A stretch of DNA of 24,000 nucleotides. Origin: Desulfitobacterium nosdiversum (GTDB lineage Bacteria; Bacillota; Desulfitobacteriia; Desulfitobacteriales; Desulfitobacteriaceae). The notes beneath the pieces were generated by a model, which searched no databases, had not been told where the DNA came from, and saw nothing but the letters and a program-made list of their open reading frames with translations. The translations under genes and the position numbers were made by a program. Location of the stretch: contig NZ_CP172056.1 in NCBI RefSeq assembly GCF_049860565.1, forward strand, positions 2,103,543 to 2,127,542, given 5' to 3'. This document shows, piece by piece, positions 1 through 7,940 of this stretch. Position 1 is the stretch's first letter. Every line of letters begins with the position of its first letter.

Positions 1-2
1 TG

Positions 3-1094
3 AATGCTGAAAATTATTTTGAAGATCAGCTTACTCAAAAATTGACGGTAGAATTGACTTCTGGTTCAACAACAATTGATGCCTTTATGTTCCGTCCGCT
101 CCAAGAAGGTAAACTTTTTGCAACAAACGGTTGGCTCAATGATATCAACAGTTATGCACAGAAGGATACCGCATGGAATTTAGGAGACTTTAACAAAGGT
201 GCAATCGGCACTGTAACCATGAATCAAAAACTTTACGGTATACCGATCGTAACTGAGCGGGAGATTATGTATTATCGTAAAGATATTCTCCAAGAAAACA
301 ATATTCCTGTACCGAAAACGCTGGATGAGCTTGTTGCGGCAGCAAAAAAATTGAATAATCCTGACAAGGGAATTTACGGCTTTGTTGCTCGCGGTCAACG
401 TTCACCTGCTGTCACTCAGTTTTCAAGTTTTCTCTACAGCAATGGCGGAGATTTCGCTAAAGACGGCAAAGCTTCGATCAATACACCGGAAGCGATCAAA
501 GCTTATCAAACATATGGTGATTTGCTTCGTTCTTATGGACCTCCCGGAACTTTGAATATGGCTTGGCCGCAAGCTTTTGCAGTTTTCCAACAAGGAAAGG
601 CTGTTTTCCTCACTGATGCTGACAGTCTTTATACAAACCTAACGGATCCTAAAAAATCCACAGTATCCGATAAAGTGGGCTTTGCTCAATTCCCTGCAGG
701 CACTGCAGGCTCCAAACCTTATAATATTACGTCTTGGGCGTTAGGAATGAATGCGAAGTCGAAAAATCAAGAAGCTACATGGGAATTCATTAAATGGGCA
801 ACGAGCAAAGAACAAGTTCTTAAGATGCAGCAAGCCGGTAATCCAGGTGCGCGTGAGTCCGTTTGGAATGACCCTGAGGGGTTGAAAAACTTCCCGAAAG
901 AATATGCCGATACGGTTAAGGCTTCAATGAAAGATTCCGTTGATCATGACCGCCCGGTGGTTATCGATATCGGACCGGCTCGTGATGCTGTCGGTGGCGC
1001 AATTCAAGCTGCTATTCAAGGTCAAGATGTTACAGCCGCCGCTAATGCAGGAAATACAGCTCTGCAAGCGATTATTGATAAGGAAAAGAAATAA
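3..1094 (+). CDS. Partial extracellular solute-binding protein, family 1 (CUT1 sugar ABC transporter); 5' end outside window
   Basis: Frame 3 is open from base 3 (NAENYFEDQLTQKLTVELTSGSTTIDAFMFRPLQ...), so the listed ATG-like start at 42 is internal. MalE/UgpB-like features: EIMYYRKDILQENNIPVPKTLDEL, FQQGKAVFLTDADS, WALGMNAKSKNQEATWEFIKWATSKE. Followed by two CUT1 permeases. Confidence 0.92.
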   Translation, partial: NAENYFEDQLTQKLTVELTSGSTTIDAFMFRPLQEGKLFATNGWLNDINSYAQKDTAWNLGDFNKGAIGTVTMNQKLYGIPIVTEREIMYYRKDILQENNIPVPKTLDELVAAAKKLNNPDKGIYGFVARGQRSPAVTQFSSFLYSNGGDFAKDGKASINTPEAIKAYQTYGDLLRSYGPPGTLNMAWPQAFAVFQQGKAVFLTDADSLYTNLTDPKKSTVSDKVGFAQFPAGTAGSKPYNITSWALGMNAKSKNQEATWEFIKWATSKEQVLKMQQAGNPGARESVWNDPEGLKNFPKEYADTVKASMKDSVDHDRPVVIDIGPARDAVGGAIQAAIQGQDVTAAANAGNTALQAIIDKEKK

Positions 1095-1112
1095 ACACTA
1101 TAATTTCATGAA

Positions 1113-1140
1113 CGAGCCTTCCGTTCTTGCGGAAGGCTCG
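1113..1140 (+). promoter_or_regulatory. Intercistronic stem-loop between binding protein and permease
   Basis: CGAGCCTTCCG (1113-1123) / TTCTTG loop / CGGAAGGCTCG (1130-1140), perfect 11-bp stem, no following U-tract. Confidence 0.75.
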
Positions 1141-1173
1141 GCTCCTATAATGTACATAGCAAGGGGGGTCACC

Positions 1174-2052
1174 ATGTTTAGTCGTTGGCTCGAGCGAAAT
1201 ATTAAATATATTTTCCCGCTACCTGCGGTTTTGTTTGTTTTGATCATGATGGTGTTTCCAATTGCTTATACCCTCAGGTTGAGCTTTTTTGATTGGAGTA
1301 TGTCCTCTTTGGTCCCCCCGCAATGGGTTGGAATAAGCAATTATAAATCATTGCTGTTTAGTGATCCGCGATTCTGGCCATCAATTTCTCGTACCTTTGT
1401 CTTTACGATTGCGGCGGTTCTTGTGGAAACTGTACTGGGTATTATTATTGCTCTGTTCTTTAATCAAGATTTTAAAGGTAAAAATGTCCTGAAGACGCTG
1501 TTTTTGCTTCCGATGATTGCTACGCCAGTTGCAATCGGACTCGTCTGGATGCTTATTTATGAACCGAATATCGGCTTTGCTAATAAAGTTTTAAGCGTAT
1601 TTCATATTTCTCCCCAGCTTTGGCTGGCTTCGCCCAAGCAAGTTATGGCATCTCTTATTATTGTTGATGTTTGGCAATGGACTCCAATGGTTGCTTTAAT
1701 CGTCCTTGCCGGTTTAACCTCTTTGCCGACTGAGCCCTATGAAGCGGCTTTAGTCGATGGCGCGACGCGTTGGCAAATGCTCACACGGATAACGCTGCCG
1801 CTTTTAAAACCGACTATTCTGGTTGCAGTGCTCCTTCGCTCGATTGATGCGTTGAAAACCTTTGATATTATCTATTCAATGACCGGAGGAGGACCCGATT
1901 TTCATTCGGAAACCATTAATATTTATAGCTTTGTCCAAGGATTTTCCTATTTTAAACTGGGCATGACATCTGCACTTCTGATGATCTTCTTTGTTCTTGT
2001 TTTGGCAATGAGTATGATTCTGGTTTCGATTCGCAAAGGAGGAGAGGCATAA
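1174..2052 (+). CDS. Sugar ABC transporter permease (MalF/UgpA type)
   Basis: ORF 940..2052; best start is ATG 1174 with AAGGGGGG (from 1161) upstream. Multiple TM segments and the EAA-like loop YEAALVDGATRWQMLTRITLPLLKPTILV. Confidence 0.93.
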   Translation: MFSRWLERNIKYIFPLPAVLFVLIMMVFPIAYTLRLSFFDWSMSSLVPPQWVGISNYKSLLFSDPRFWPSISRTFVFTIAAVLVETVLGIIIALFFNQDFKGKNVLKTLFLLPMIATPVAIGLVWMLIYEPNIGFANKVLSVFHISPQLWLASPKQVMASLIIVDVWQWTPMVALIVLAGLTSLPTEPYEAALVDGATRWQMLTRITLPLLKPTILVAVLLRSIDALKTFDIIYSMTGGGPDFHSETINIYSFVQGFSYFKLGMTSALLMIFFVLVLAMSMILVSIRKGGEA

Positions 2053-2873
2053 TGATGCGACAAACGAAAGATTACGCTAAATATCTCCAGCGGTTGCTTC
2101 TGGTCGCTGTCGTATTAGCATTTTTGTTTCCATTCTTTTGGATGCTTTTAGCCTCCTTCAAAACGCAGCAGCAAATTATGTCTACGCAAAATGTGCTCGT
2201 TTTTTCACCCACCTTTCAGAACTATGCCGATGTTTTTGAACAATATGATTTTCTTAAGTTTATCATGAACAGCTTTATTATTGCTGTAGGCTCTACGCTC
2301 CTCTCCCTGGTTCTAGGACTGCCTGCAGCCTATTCAATTGCACGTTATCATCAAAATAAGCTCGGGTTAACAATTTTAGTTGCTCGGATTGTACCGGGGA
2401 TAACCTTTTTAATTCCTTGGTATATTCTTTTTACAAAGCTTCACCTTGTGGACAGTTACACATCGATGATCTTAAGCCATATGCTCGTTGGCTTACCGTA
2501 TATTGTTTGGATTATGGTTCCATACTTTGAAAATATTCCGATAGAACTTGAAGAATCAGCACGAGTCGACGGCTGTACCATCCAAGAGGCTTTCTTTAGG
2601 ATTGTTCTCCCGATATCCGGGCCTGGAATTATTACGGCCTCCATTTTCTCCTTCGTTTTTTCCTGGAATAACTTTATGTTTTCTTTGGTCTTATCAGGGG
2701 ATAAGACGAAAACACTGCCTATTGCCGTATATTCTTTCCTCTCCTATTCTGAGATTAACTGGGGCGGCTTAATGGCTGCAGCAGTTGTTATTACTCTTCC
2801 TGTTCTGATTCTTGCCCTCCTGTCTCAAAAATATATTATCAATGGCTTGACAGCAGGAGCTGTAAAAGGCTAA
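2052..2873 (+). CDS. Sugar ABC transporter permease (MalG/UgpE type)
   Basis: Start overlaps the previous stop (TAATG). EAA loop LEESARVDGCTIQEAFFRIVLPISGPGIITASIFSFVFSWNNFMF. Confidence 0.93.
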   Translation: MMRQTKDYAKYLQRLLLVAVVLAFLFPFFWMLLASFKTQQQIMSTQNVLVFSPTFQNYADVFEQYDFLKFIMNSFIIAVGSTLLSLVLGLPAAYSIARYHQNKLGLTILVARIVPGITFLIPWYILFTKLHLVDSYTSMILSHMLVGLPYIVWIMVPYFENIPIELEESARVDGCTIQEAFFRIVLPISGPGIITASIFSFVFSWNNFMFSLVLSGDKTKTLPIAVYSFLSYSEINWGGLMAAAVVITLPVLILALLSQKYIINGLTAGAVKG

Positions 2874-2887
2874 AAGGAGGATGGGAT

Positions 2888-3514
2888 ATGTTTAAAGAAC
2901 GCCTTTGGCAAAATGGTGTGCTCGCTATTTTGCGCGGATTCAGTGAAACTGAGGCAATTGATGCTGCACAGGCCTTGCTCGAAGGAGGGGTCAGCGCTAT
3001 TGAGGTCACATCGGACTCTCCTGGAGCGTGGAATATAATTGAAACCTTAAAGAAACAGAATACGCATATTGTCGTTGGTGCCGGTACTGTTCTCGATACG
3101 GAAACAGCTCGTCAAGCCATTGAAGTGGGTGCAGACTTCTTATTTTCCCCTATCTTCTTTCCGGAAATGATGCAAATTGCTCATCGGTATGGCCGATTGG
3201 CTATTCCAGGTGCGATGACGCCTACGGAAGTCATGCAGGCTCTTGAAGCAGGGGCGGATATTGTTAAGTTATTTCCGGCAGGGTCACTTGGAGTTAACTA
3301 TTTAAAAGAACTTAGAGGTCCATTTTCATACATCCCGTTCCTTCCTACGGGCGGGATAACCCTTGATAATGCGCCTGATTTTATTCGAGCAGGTGCAGTT
3401 GGGGTCGGCATGGGGAGTGCTTTAGTCAACAAAGGATGGGTAAAAGAAAAGAAATTTGCCCAGCTTACCAATCAAGCGAAAGAACTCCAAAAGCTTATCC
3501 ATCAAACCCTTTAA
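2888..3514 (+). CDS. eda: Bifunctional 4-hydroxy-2-oxoglutarate / 2-dehydro-3-deoxy-phosphogluconate aldolase (KDPG/KHG aldolase)
   Basis: Class I KDPG aldolase motifs: GGVSAIEVTSDSP, VGAGTVLD, FLFSPIFFPEM, IPGAMTPTEVMQALEAGADIVKLFPAG, PFLPTGGI. RBS AAAGGAGG upstream. Confidence 0.93.
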   Translation: MFKERLWQNGVLAILRGFSETEAIDAAQALLEGGVSAIEVTSDSPGAWNIIETLKKQNTHIVVGAGTVLDTETARQAIEVGADFLFSPIFFPEMMQIAHRYGRLAIPGAMTPTEVMQALEAGADIVKLFPAGSLGVNYLKELRGPFSYIPFLPTGGITLDNAPDFIRAGAVGVGMGSALVNKGWVKEKKFAQLTNQAKELQKLIHQTL

Positions 3515-3594
3515 CGAATCACGAAACAGCATAGAAGCAAAAAGTGATATCTGCTTTTATAAATGCAATACCTGATCTAAGGGGATGAACTGGT

Positions 3595-4872
3595 TTGGGA
3601 ATCTATGCAGAAATACTTAAGGATGTATCCTTACCGAAAATGTCACAAGTTAAGCAAAGCTTTCCTGATGACAGGATTCAGGATATTCCTATGGCGATTC
3701 ATAAGGCTCTTCAGCGTCCTGGAACGCTCGATCAAATTCAGCCTGGGCAAAAAGTGGCTCTCACCGTAGGAAGCAGGGGAGTAAATAATCTTCCAGCTCT
3801 TGTTCAAGCGATGGTTTGGGAAATAAAATCGCGCGGGGCTGAGGTTTTCATTATTCCAGCTATGGGAAGTCATGGCGGTGCGACGCCTGAGGGACAGAAA
3901 GATATGCTGTTGGGCTTAGGGATTCGACCTGAAATTATGGGCGCTGAAATCGTTTCAAGCATGGAGGTTACTCAGGTTGGAACCCTTCCGGATGGGCTTC
4001 CCGTCTATGTCAGTACGGATGCTTTGAAGGCAGATGCTATCGTTTTATTAAATCGAATAAAACCGCATACAGCGTTTCGCGGGAAAGTTGAAAGCGGCTT
4101 AGTTAAAATGTTAACGATTGGCCTAGGCAAGCAAAAAGGTGCGGAAGCGTGTCATGCCCATAGCTTTAAACATATGGCACGGCATATTGTTGAAATGGGC
4201 AGTATGCTTCTCGAAAAAGCTCCCGTCGTTTTTGGACTCGGAGCTGTAGAAAATGCCTATGATCATACGCATTCAATTTTTGCTATCCCTGCAGAGAGGC
4301 TGCTTGAAGAAGAGCCAGAGTGGCTTAATTTAGCTAAACAACTGATGCCCAGTATCCCTGTTTCCTCAATTGATGTTCTCATTATTGATGAGATAGGAAA
4401 GGATATCAGCGGGGACGGGATGGATCCTAATATTACCGGGCGGTACCCGACACCCTATGCCAGCGGGGGACCGGAAGTCAGCAAAATGGTTCTGCTTGAC
4501 CTTACGGAGCGGAGCCATGGAAATGCGAACGGTATTGGGACTGCGGATATTGTATCGAAGCGTTTAGTGGAGAAAATGAGCCTCGAACAAACCTATCCGA
4601 ATGCGTTGACGTCAACTGTTACAGGTCCAGTGAAAATTCCTTTGACCTTGGATAATGATTATGACGTTATTCGTGCAGCAATAAAAACGTGTAATGCCAT
4701 TGATCTCTATAAAACGCGGATCGTCCGCCTTAAAAATACGCTCAGTTTAAGTGAAATCTGGGTTTCAGAAGCAATTGCCAAGGAAATGGCTGTTCAAAGC
4801 ATTCCTGTGGAGATCGGAGAGCTGCAGGATTGGAAATTTGATGAGCAAAAAAATTTTAGTTTAGAGCATTGA
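3595..4872 (+). CDS. LarA/DUF2088 family protein (nickel-pincer nucleotide-dependent hydroxyacid racemase/epimerase superfamily)
   Basis: TTG start after AAGGGGATG. Motifs TVGSRGVNNLPALV, PAMGSHGGATPEGQ, RIKPHTAFRGKVESGLVKMLTIGLGKQKGAEACHAH, DVLIIDEIGKDISGDGMDPNITGR. Confidence 0.85.
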   Translation: MGIYAEILKDVSLPKMSQVKQSFPDDRIQDIPMAIHKALQRPGTLDQIQPGQKVALTVGSRGVNNLPALVQAMVWEIKSRGAEVFIIPAMGSHGGATPEGQKDMLLGLGIRPEIMGAEIVSSMEVTQVGTLPDGLPVYVSTDALKADAIVLLNRIKPHTAFRGKVESGLVKMLTIGLGKQKGAEACHAHSFKHMARHIVEMGSMLLEKAPVVFGLGAVENAYDHTHSIFAIPAERLLEEEPEWLNLAKQLMPSIPVSSIDVLIIDEIGKDISGDGMDPNITGRYPTPYASGGPEVSKMVLLDLTERSHGNANGIGTADIVSKRLVEKMSLEQTYPNALTSTVTGPVKIPLTLDNDYDVIRAAIKTCNAIDLYKTRIVRLKNTLSLSEIWVSEAIAKEMAVQSIPVEIGELQDWKFDEQKNFSLEH

Positions 4873-4889
4873 CAAGGAAGTGAGTAGTT

Positions 4890-5810
4890 ATGAACACGTG
4901 TTCCTATGGGATGATCGGACTGGGAAAAATGGGAGCGTTAGCGGCTGAAAACGTTCTCTCTAAAGGGGTAAAGGTTGCCGTCTATGATATGAATTCAGAA
5001 CAAGTGCAAAGACTGGAAAAGTTAGGCGCTATAGGATGCCATAATTTGCAGGAAATGATTGAAGTACTCCCTAAACCGCGAATTCTTTGGCTTATGGTTC
5101 CGGCAGGAGAAGCGGTAGAACAGGTACTTTTTAGTAAAGATGGCTTAAGTTCTTTACTGAGTGCTGGAGATATTGTGATTGACGGTGGAAATTCTTTTTA
5201 CCGTGATTCCGCTCGCAGAGCTCAAAAATTAGCAGATCAAGGTATCAAATATCTGGATTCCGGCTCCAGCGGAGGTCAGGCAGGGGCACGCAACGGATTA
5301 TGTCTGATGATCGGCGGAGATAAAGAAAGCTTTGACCAGGCCGAAGGGCTGTTTAAAGCTTTAACGGAAGGGATCGGAGATTATCTTTATGTCGGAGAAA
5401 GTGGTTCCGGCCACTTTACGAAAATGGTTCATAACGCGATTGAATATGGGATGCTCCAAGCCATTGGTGAGGGCTTCGAGTTGCTCTATGAAGGTCCTTA
5501 TGAGTTAGACTTAGAAAAAATTGCTCACCTCTGGACTCAAGGAAGCATCATCCGCAGTTATTTAATGGAACTTATGGAACGCTCCTTCTCAAAAGATGCA
5601 GATCTGCATCAGATTACCGGTGAAGTAGGCGGCGGGAGTACCGGCAGCTGGGCGATCGAAGAAGCCTGGAAACTTGGAGTCCCCTTCGAGACAATTGCGA
5701 CTTCCTATGCAGCACGTTTGCGTTCACGTCAGGACGATACCTTTGCAGGTAAAGTCGTTGCCGCTTTGCGCAATGAATTCGGAGGCCATGCAGTAGTTGG
5801 AAAAGAATAA
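4890..5810 (+). CDS. gnd: 6-phosphogluconate dehydrogenase, decarboxylating, short (YqeC/GndA-like) form
   Basis: N-terminal Rossmann GMIGLGKMGALAAEN; DGGNSFYRDSARRAQKL; YLDSGSSGGQAGARNGLCLMIGG; SGHFTKMVHNAIEYGMLQAIGEGFELL; ending RNEFGGHAVVGKE. Full length for the roughly 300-aa subfamily. Confidence 0.93.
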   Translation: MNTCSYGMIGLGKMGALAAENVLSKGVKVAVYDMNSEQVQRLEKLGAIGCHNLQEMIEVLPKPRILWLMVPAGEAVEQVLFSKDGLSSLLSAGDIVIDGGNSFYRDSARRAQKLADQGIKYLDSGSSGGQAGARNGLCLMIGGDKESFDQAEGLFKALTEGIGDYLYVGESGSGHFTKMVHNAIEYGMLQAIGEGFELLYEGPYELDLEKIAHLWTQGSIIRSYLMELMERSFSKDADLHQITGEVGGGSTGSWAIEEAWKLGVPFETIATSYAARLRSRQDDTFAGKVVAALRNEFGGHAVVGKE

Positions 5811-5822
5811 GACTCTTGGGTC

Positions 5823-6038
5823 GTGTAGCTTCTCGCACATCCGTACCTTCGGGCGTGAATCTCCACTGGAGACTCACGTACTTAGCAGCTTCGGGGCTGG
5901 CACACTAGCTTCTGTGGGGGCTTCGCCAAACCTAAGGGTAATACCTGAAGTGAACCATCGGCTTCGCTAACCCATAGAAGCATTGTGTGCCGAAGCGCCC
6001 CTTCGCTAAATCGTTCACTTTTGTGCGAGAGGCTACGC
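5823..6038 (+). ncRNA. Candidate structured RNA / miniature repeat element closed by a long-range 17-bp stem
   Basis: GTGTAGCTTCTCGCACA (5823-5839) pairs with TGTGCGAGAGGCTACGC (6022-6038), 15 Watson-Crick pairs plus 2 G-U. Internal helices: 5854-5864/5868-5878, 5948-5955/6013-6020 (perfect 8 bp), 5991-5995/6001-6005. GC-rich with recurrent CTTCG; no credible ORF. Confidence 0.5.
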
Positions 6039-6137
6039 TATTCAGTCTTAAAATATTCCAGTTTGAAGCTTACAAGAACGAAACAAACAATTTGCGTAAG
6101 ACTTCAGCAAGAATGTACTTTCGAAATTTTGCTTAAT

Positions 6138-6162
6138 AGAAGATGCCTAATGGCATCTTTTC
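6138..6162 (+). terminator. Rho-independent terminator upstream of gntK
   Basis: AGATGCC (6141-6147) TAAT GGCATCT (6152-6158) followed by TTTCT. Confidence 0.65.
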
Positions 6163-6247
6163 TAATAAATAACCAAAAGTAAAAAACATCTTCAAACGTG
6201 CAGAGAAAGTCTTTTTTCAAATAAGACTAAGATAGGAGATCAGAGCT

Positions 6248-7732
6248 ATGGCATTAAAAGAGGCATCACTCGGAGTGGATATCGGAACAACGGGCTGCCG
6301 GAGTGTTGTTTATTCAGATGAAGCCAGGATGATTACTCATTCCGAAAAGCTTTATTCCACATATTCTCCAAAACCGAGCTGGGCAGAGCAAGACCCGGAG
6401 GAGGTTATCACACGGGTAGAAGAGTCTATTCGGGAAGCAGTAATTGAGGCCAGAAATCTTGGCTATGAAGTCACCATGATCAGCTTCAGCGCGGTAAATC
6501 ATGGTGTTATTCCTATGAACGCCGGTAAACCCATCGGTCCCTGCATTATCTGGGCGGATAATCGCAGTACCGAAATTACGGAAAAATGGAAACAGGAAGG
6601 GCTGGGGGAAACGTTTTATCAGCAAACGGGTTGCCCGCTGCATCCGATGTATGTTCCAGGTAAGCTCAGCTGGCTTTCAAAATACCAAACGGAAATTTTT
6701 AAAAGGGCGGACCATTTTATTTCACTTAAGGAACTCTTATTTCTTCGATGGTTTGGCCAGTATATAATTGATGCTTCAATTGCAAGCAGTTCAGGCCTTT
6801 TTAATATTCATCGCTTTGATTGGTCTGAAGAGATTTTAGAACGAGTTCAAGTTAAGACAAGTCAGCTCTCAGAAATTGTTCCGACAACACAGGTTTTTCT
6901 TCTAAAAAATCCTGAAATCTATCAACGGTTGGGTTTAAGAAAGGGAACTCAAGTTGTTATTGGAGCAGGAGACGGAGTTCTATCGAGCTTAGGTGCTGGG
7001 GCGATTGAACCTGGGGAAGTAACGGTTATGATCGGGACAAGCGGTGCTGCTCGGATTACAGTAGATAAACCTTGCAATGACCGAAAGGGAAGAACCTGGT
7101 GCTATTATCTGATGCCAGGGGCTTGGGTCGTAGGTGCAGCAATCAATAACGCAGGGCTTACTTTACAATGGGTAAGGCAAAAATGGTTGAATGGAGCAAG
7201 CTTTGAAGAGATTGAACGTTTGGCTTCGGAGATTCCTGCCGGAGCTGAGGGACTCTACTTACTCCCCTTTCTAACGGGTGAGCGGTCACCCAATTGGAAT
7301 CCGAATGTAAGAGCAGCTCTTTATGGACTCGATTTTGCCCATAGCTCAGGACATTTTGCACGTTCAGCGATGGAAGGGGTAGCCTATCGAATTCGAAGCG
7401 TTTTTGAGCCGATAGCAGAGATGGCAGGAGAAATACGGTCTATTCGTATCGGAGGAGGTTTTATGGCTTCTCCAACTTGGGTAAACATTTTGACGAATGT
7501 TCTCAATAGTCCGCTGGAAGCTTTAGCCGAACCCCAAGGCTCGGCTTATGGAGCAGTCCTTCTCGGATGGATTGCCTTAGGTAAACTAAAAGACCTCCGC
7601 GAAAGCAAACGCTTTTCGAAAATCAACCGGGTCATTCAGCCCGACCCAAAAGAAGCGGAATTTTATCAGCATTGCTATCAAAAATATCAGGAGCTTTATG
7701 AACGAATTTGCGCTGATACTAAGTTGCCTTAA
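6248..7732 (+). CDS. gntK: FGGY-family carbohydrate kinase, gluconokinase-like
   Basis: SLGVDIGTTGCRSVVYS; AEQDPEEV; SAVNHGVIPMN; CIIWADNRS; VTVMIGTSGAARI; GLYLLPFLTGERSPNWNPNVRAALYGLDF; IRIGGGFMASPTWVNILTNVLN. Adjacent to gnd. RBS TAGGAG upstream. Confidence 0.85.
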   Translation: MALKEASLGVDIGTTGCRSVVYSDEARMITHSEKLYSTYSPKPSWAEQDPEEVITRVEESIREAVIEARNLGYEVTMISFSAVNHGVIPMNAGKPIGPCIIWADNRSTEITEKWKQEGLGETFYQQTGCPLHPMYVPGKLSWLSKYQTEIFKRADHFISLKELLFLRWFGQYIIDASIASSSGLFNIHRFDWSEEILERVQVKTSQLSEIVPTTQVFLLKNPEIYQRLGLRKGTQVVIGAGDGVLSSLGAGAIEPGEVTVMIGTSGAARITVDKPCNDRKGRTWCYYLMPGAWVVGAAINNAGLTLQWVRQKWLNGASFEEIERLASEIPAGAEGLYLLPFLTGERSPNWNPNVRAALYGLDFAHSSGHFARSAMEGVAYRIRSVFEPIAEMAGEIRSIRIGGGFMASPTWVNILTNVLNSPLEALAEPQGSAYGAVLLGWIALGKLKDLRESKRFSKINRVIQPDPKEAEFYQHCYQKYQELYERICADTKLP

Positions 7733-7917
7733 ATATATCACATGCATTAAAAGACACAAAATTAGGCCTGGCTGTCACATGACAGCGGCAAGCGGAGCAG
7801 GAGCGAAGCGCGGCTATTTGCGCCCGGATGGCGCAACTTGCCGAAAAGCAGTCAAGTGACAGCTAGGCCTTGCCCTTGAGTGGGCCTATATATTATTTCA
7901 TAAGCAAATTAGTATGA
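7716..7917 (+). repeat. Interspersed structured repeat, copy 1 (about 202 bp)
   Basis: Nearly identical to 18770-18955 apart from scattered substitutions and a 16-nt indel. Nested inverted repeats: 7764-7778/7856-7870, 7786-7792/7837-7843, 7818-7824/7830-7836. Confidence 0.9.
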
Positions 7918-7940
7918 ACACTGAATTACTAAGGCTTATA

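Noticed and set aside
180-398. Minus-strand ORF inside the binding protein gene
   Set aside because: Antisense shadow ORF fully inside a confidently identified CDS; no recognisable product.
2456-2772. ORFs 2456..2644 (-) and 2548..2772 (+) inside the second permease
   Set aside because: Overlapping frames within a conserved permease; composition and content do not support coding.
3533-3558. AGAAGCA ... TGCTTTT possible terminator between eda and the LarA-like gene
   Set aside because: Only 7 bp including one G-U, a 12-nt loop and a weak T-tract; too weak to call and the genes are probably co-transcribed.
4890-5810. Suspicion that gnd is truncated by the downstream element (306 aa versus about 470 aa for classical Gnd)
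   Set aside because: The short YqeC/GndA-type 6PGDH family is about 300 aa and ends in ...FGGHAV..., as here; the gene looks intact.
5614-5877. Alternative-frame ORF across the end of gnd and the structured element (also 5985..6182)
   Set aside because: Overlaps the conserved gnd C-terminus and inverted repeats; no recognisable protein motif; better explained by the non-coding structure.
7716-7917. Considered whether the repeat pair is a CRISPR array, tRNA or transposon end
   Set aside because: Two copies 11 kb apart, no short regular spacing, no tRNA cloverleaf/anticodon architecture and no transposase nearby.
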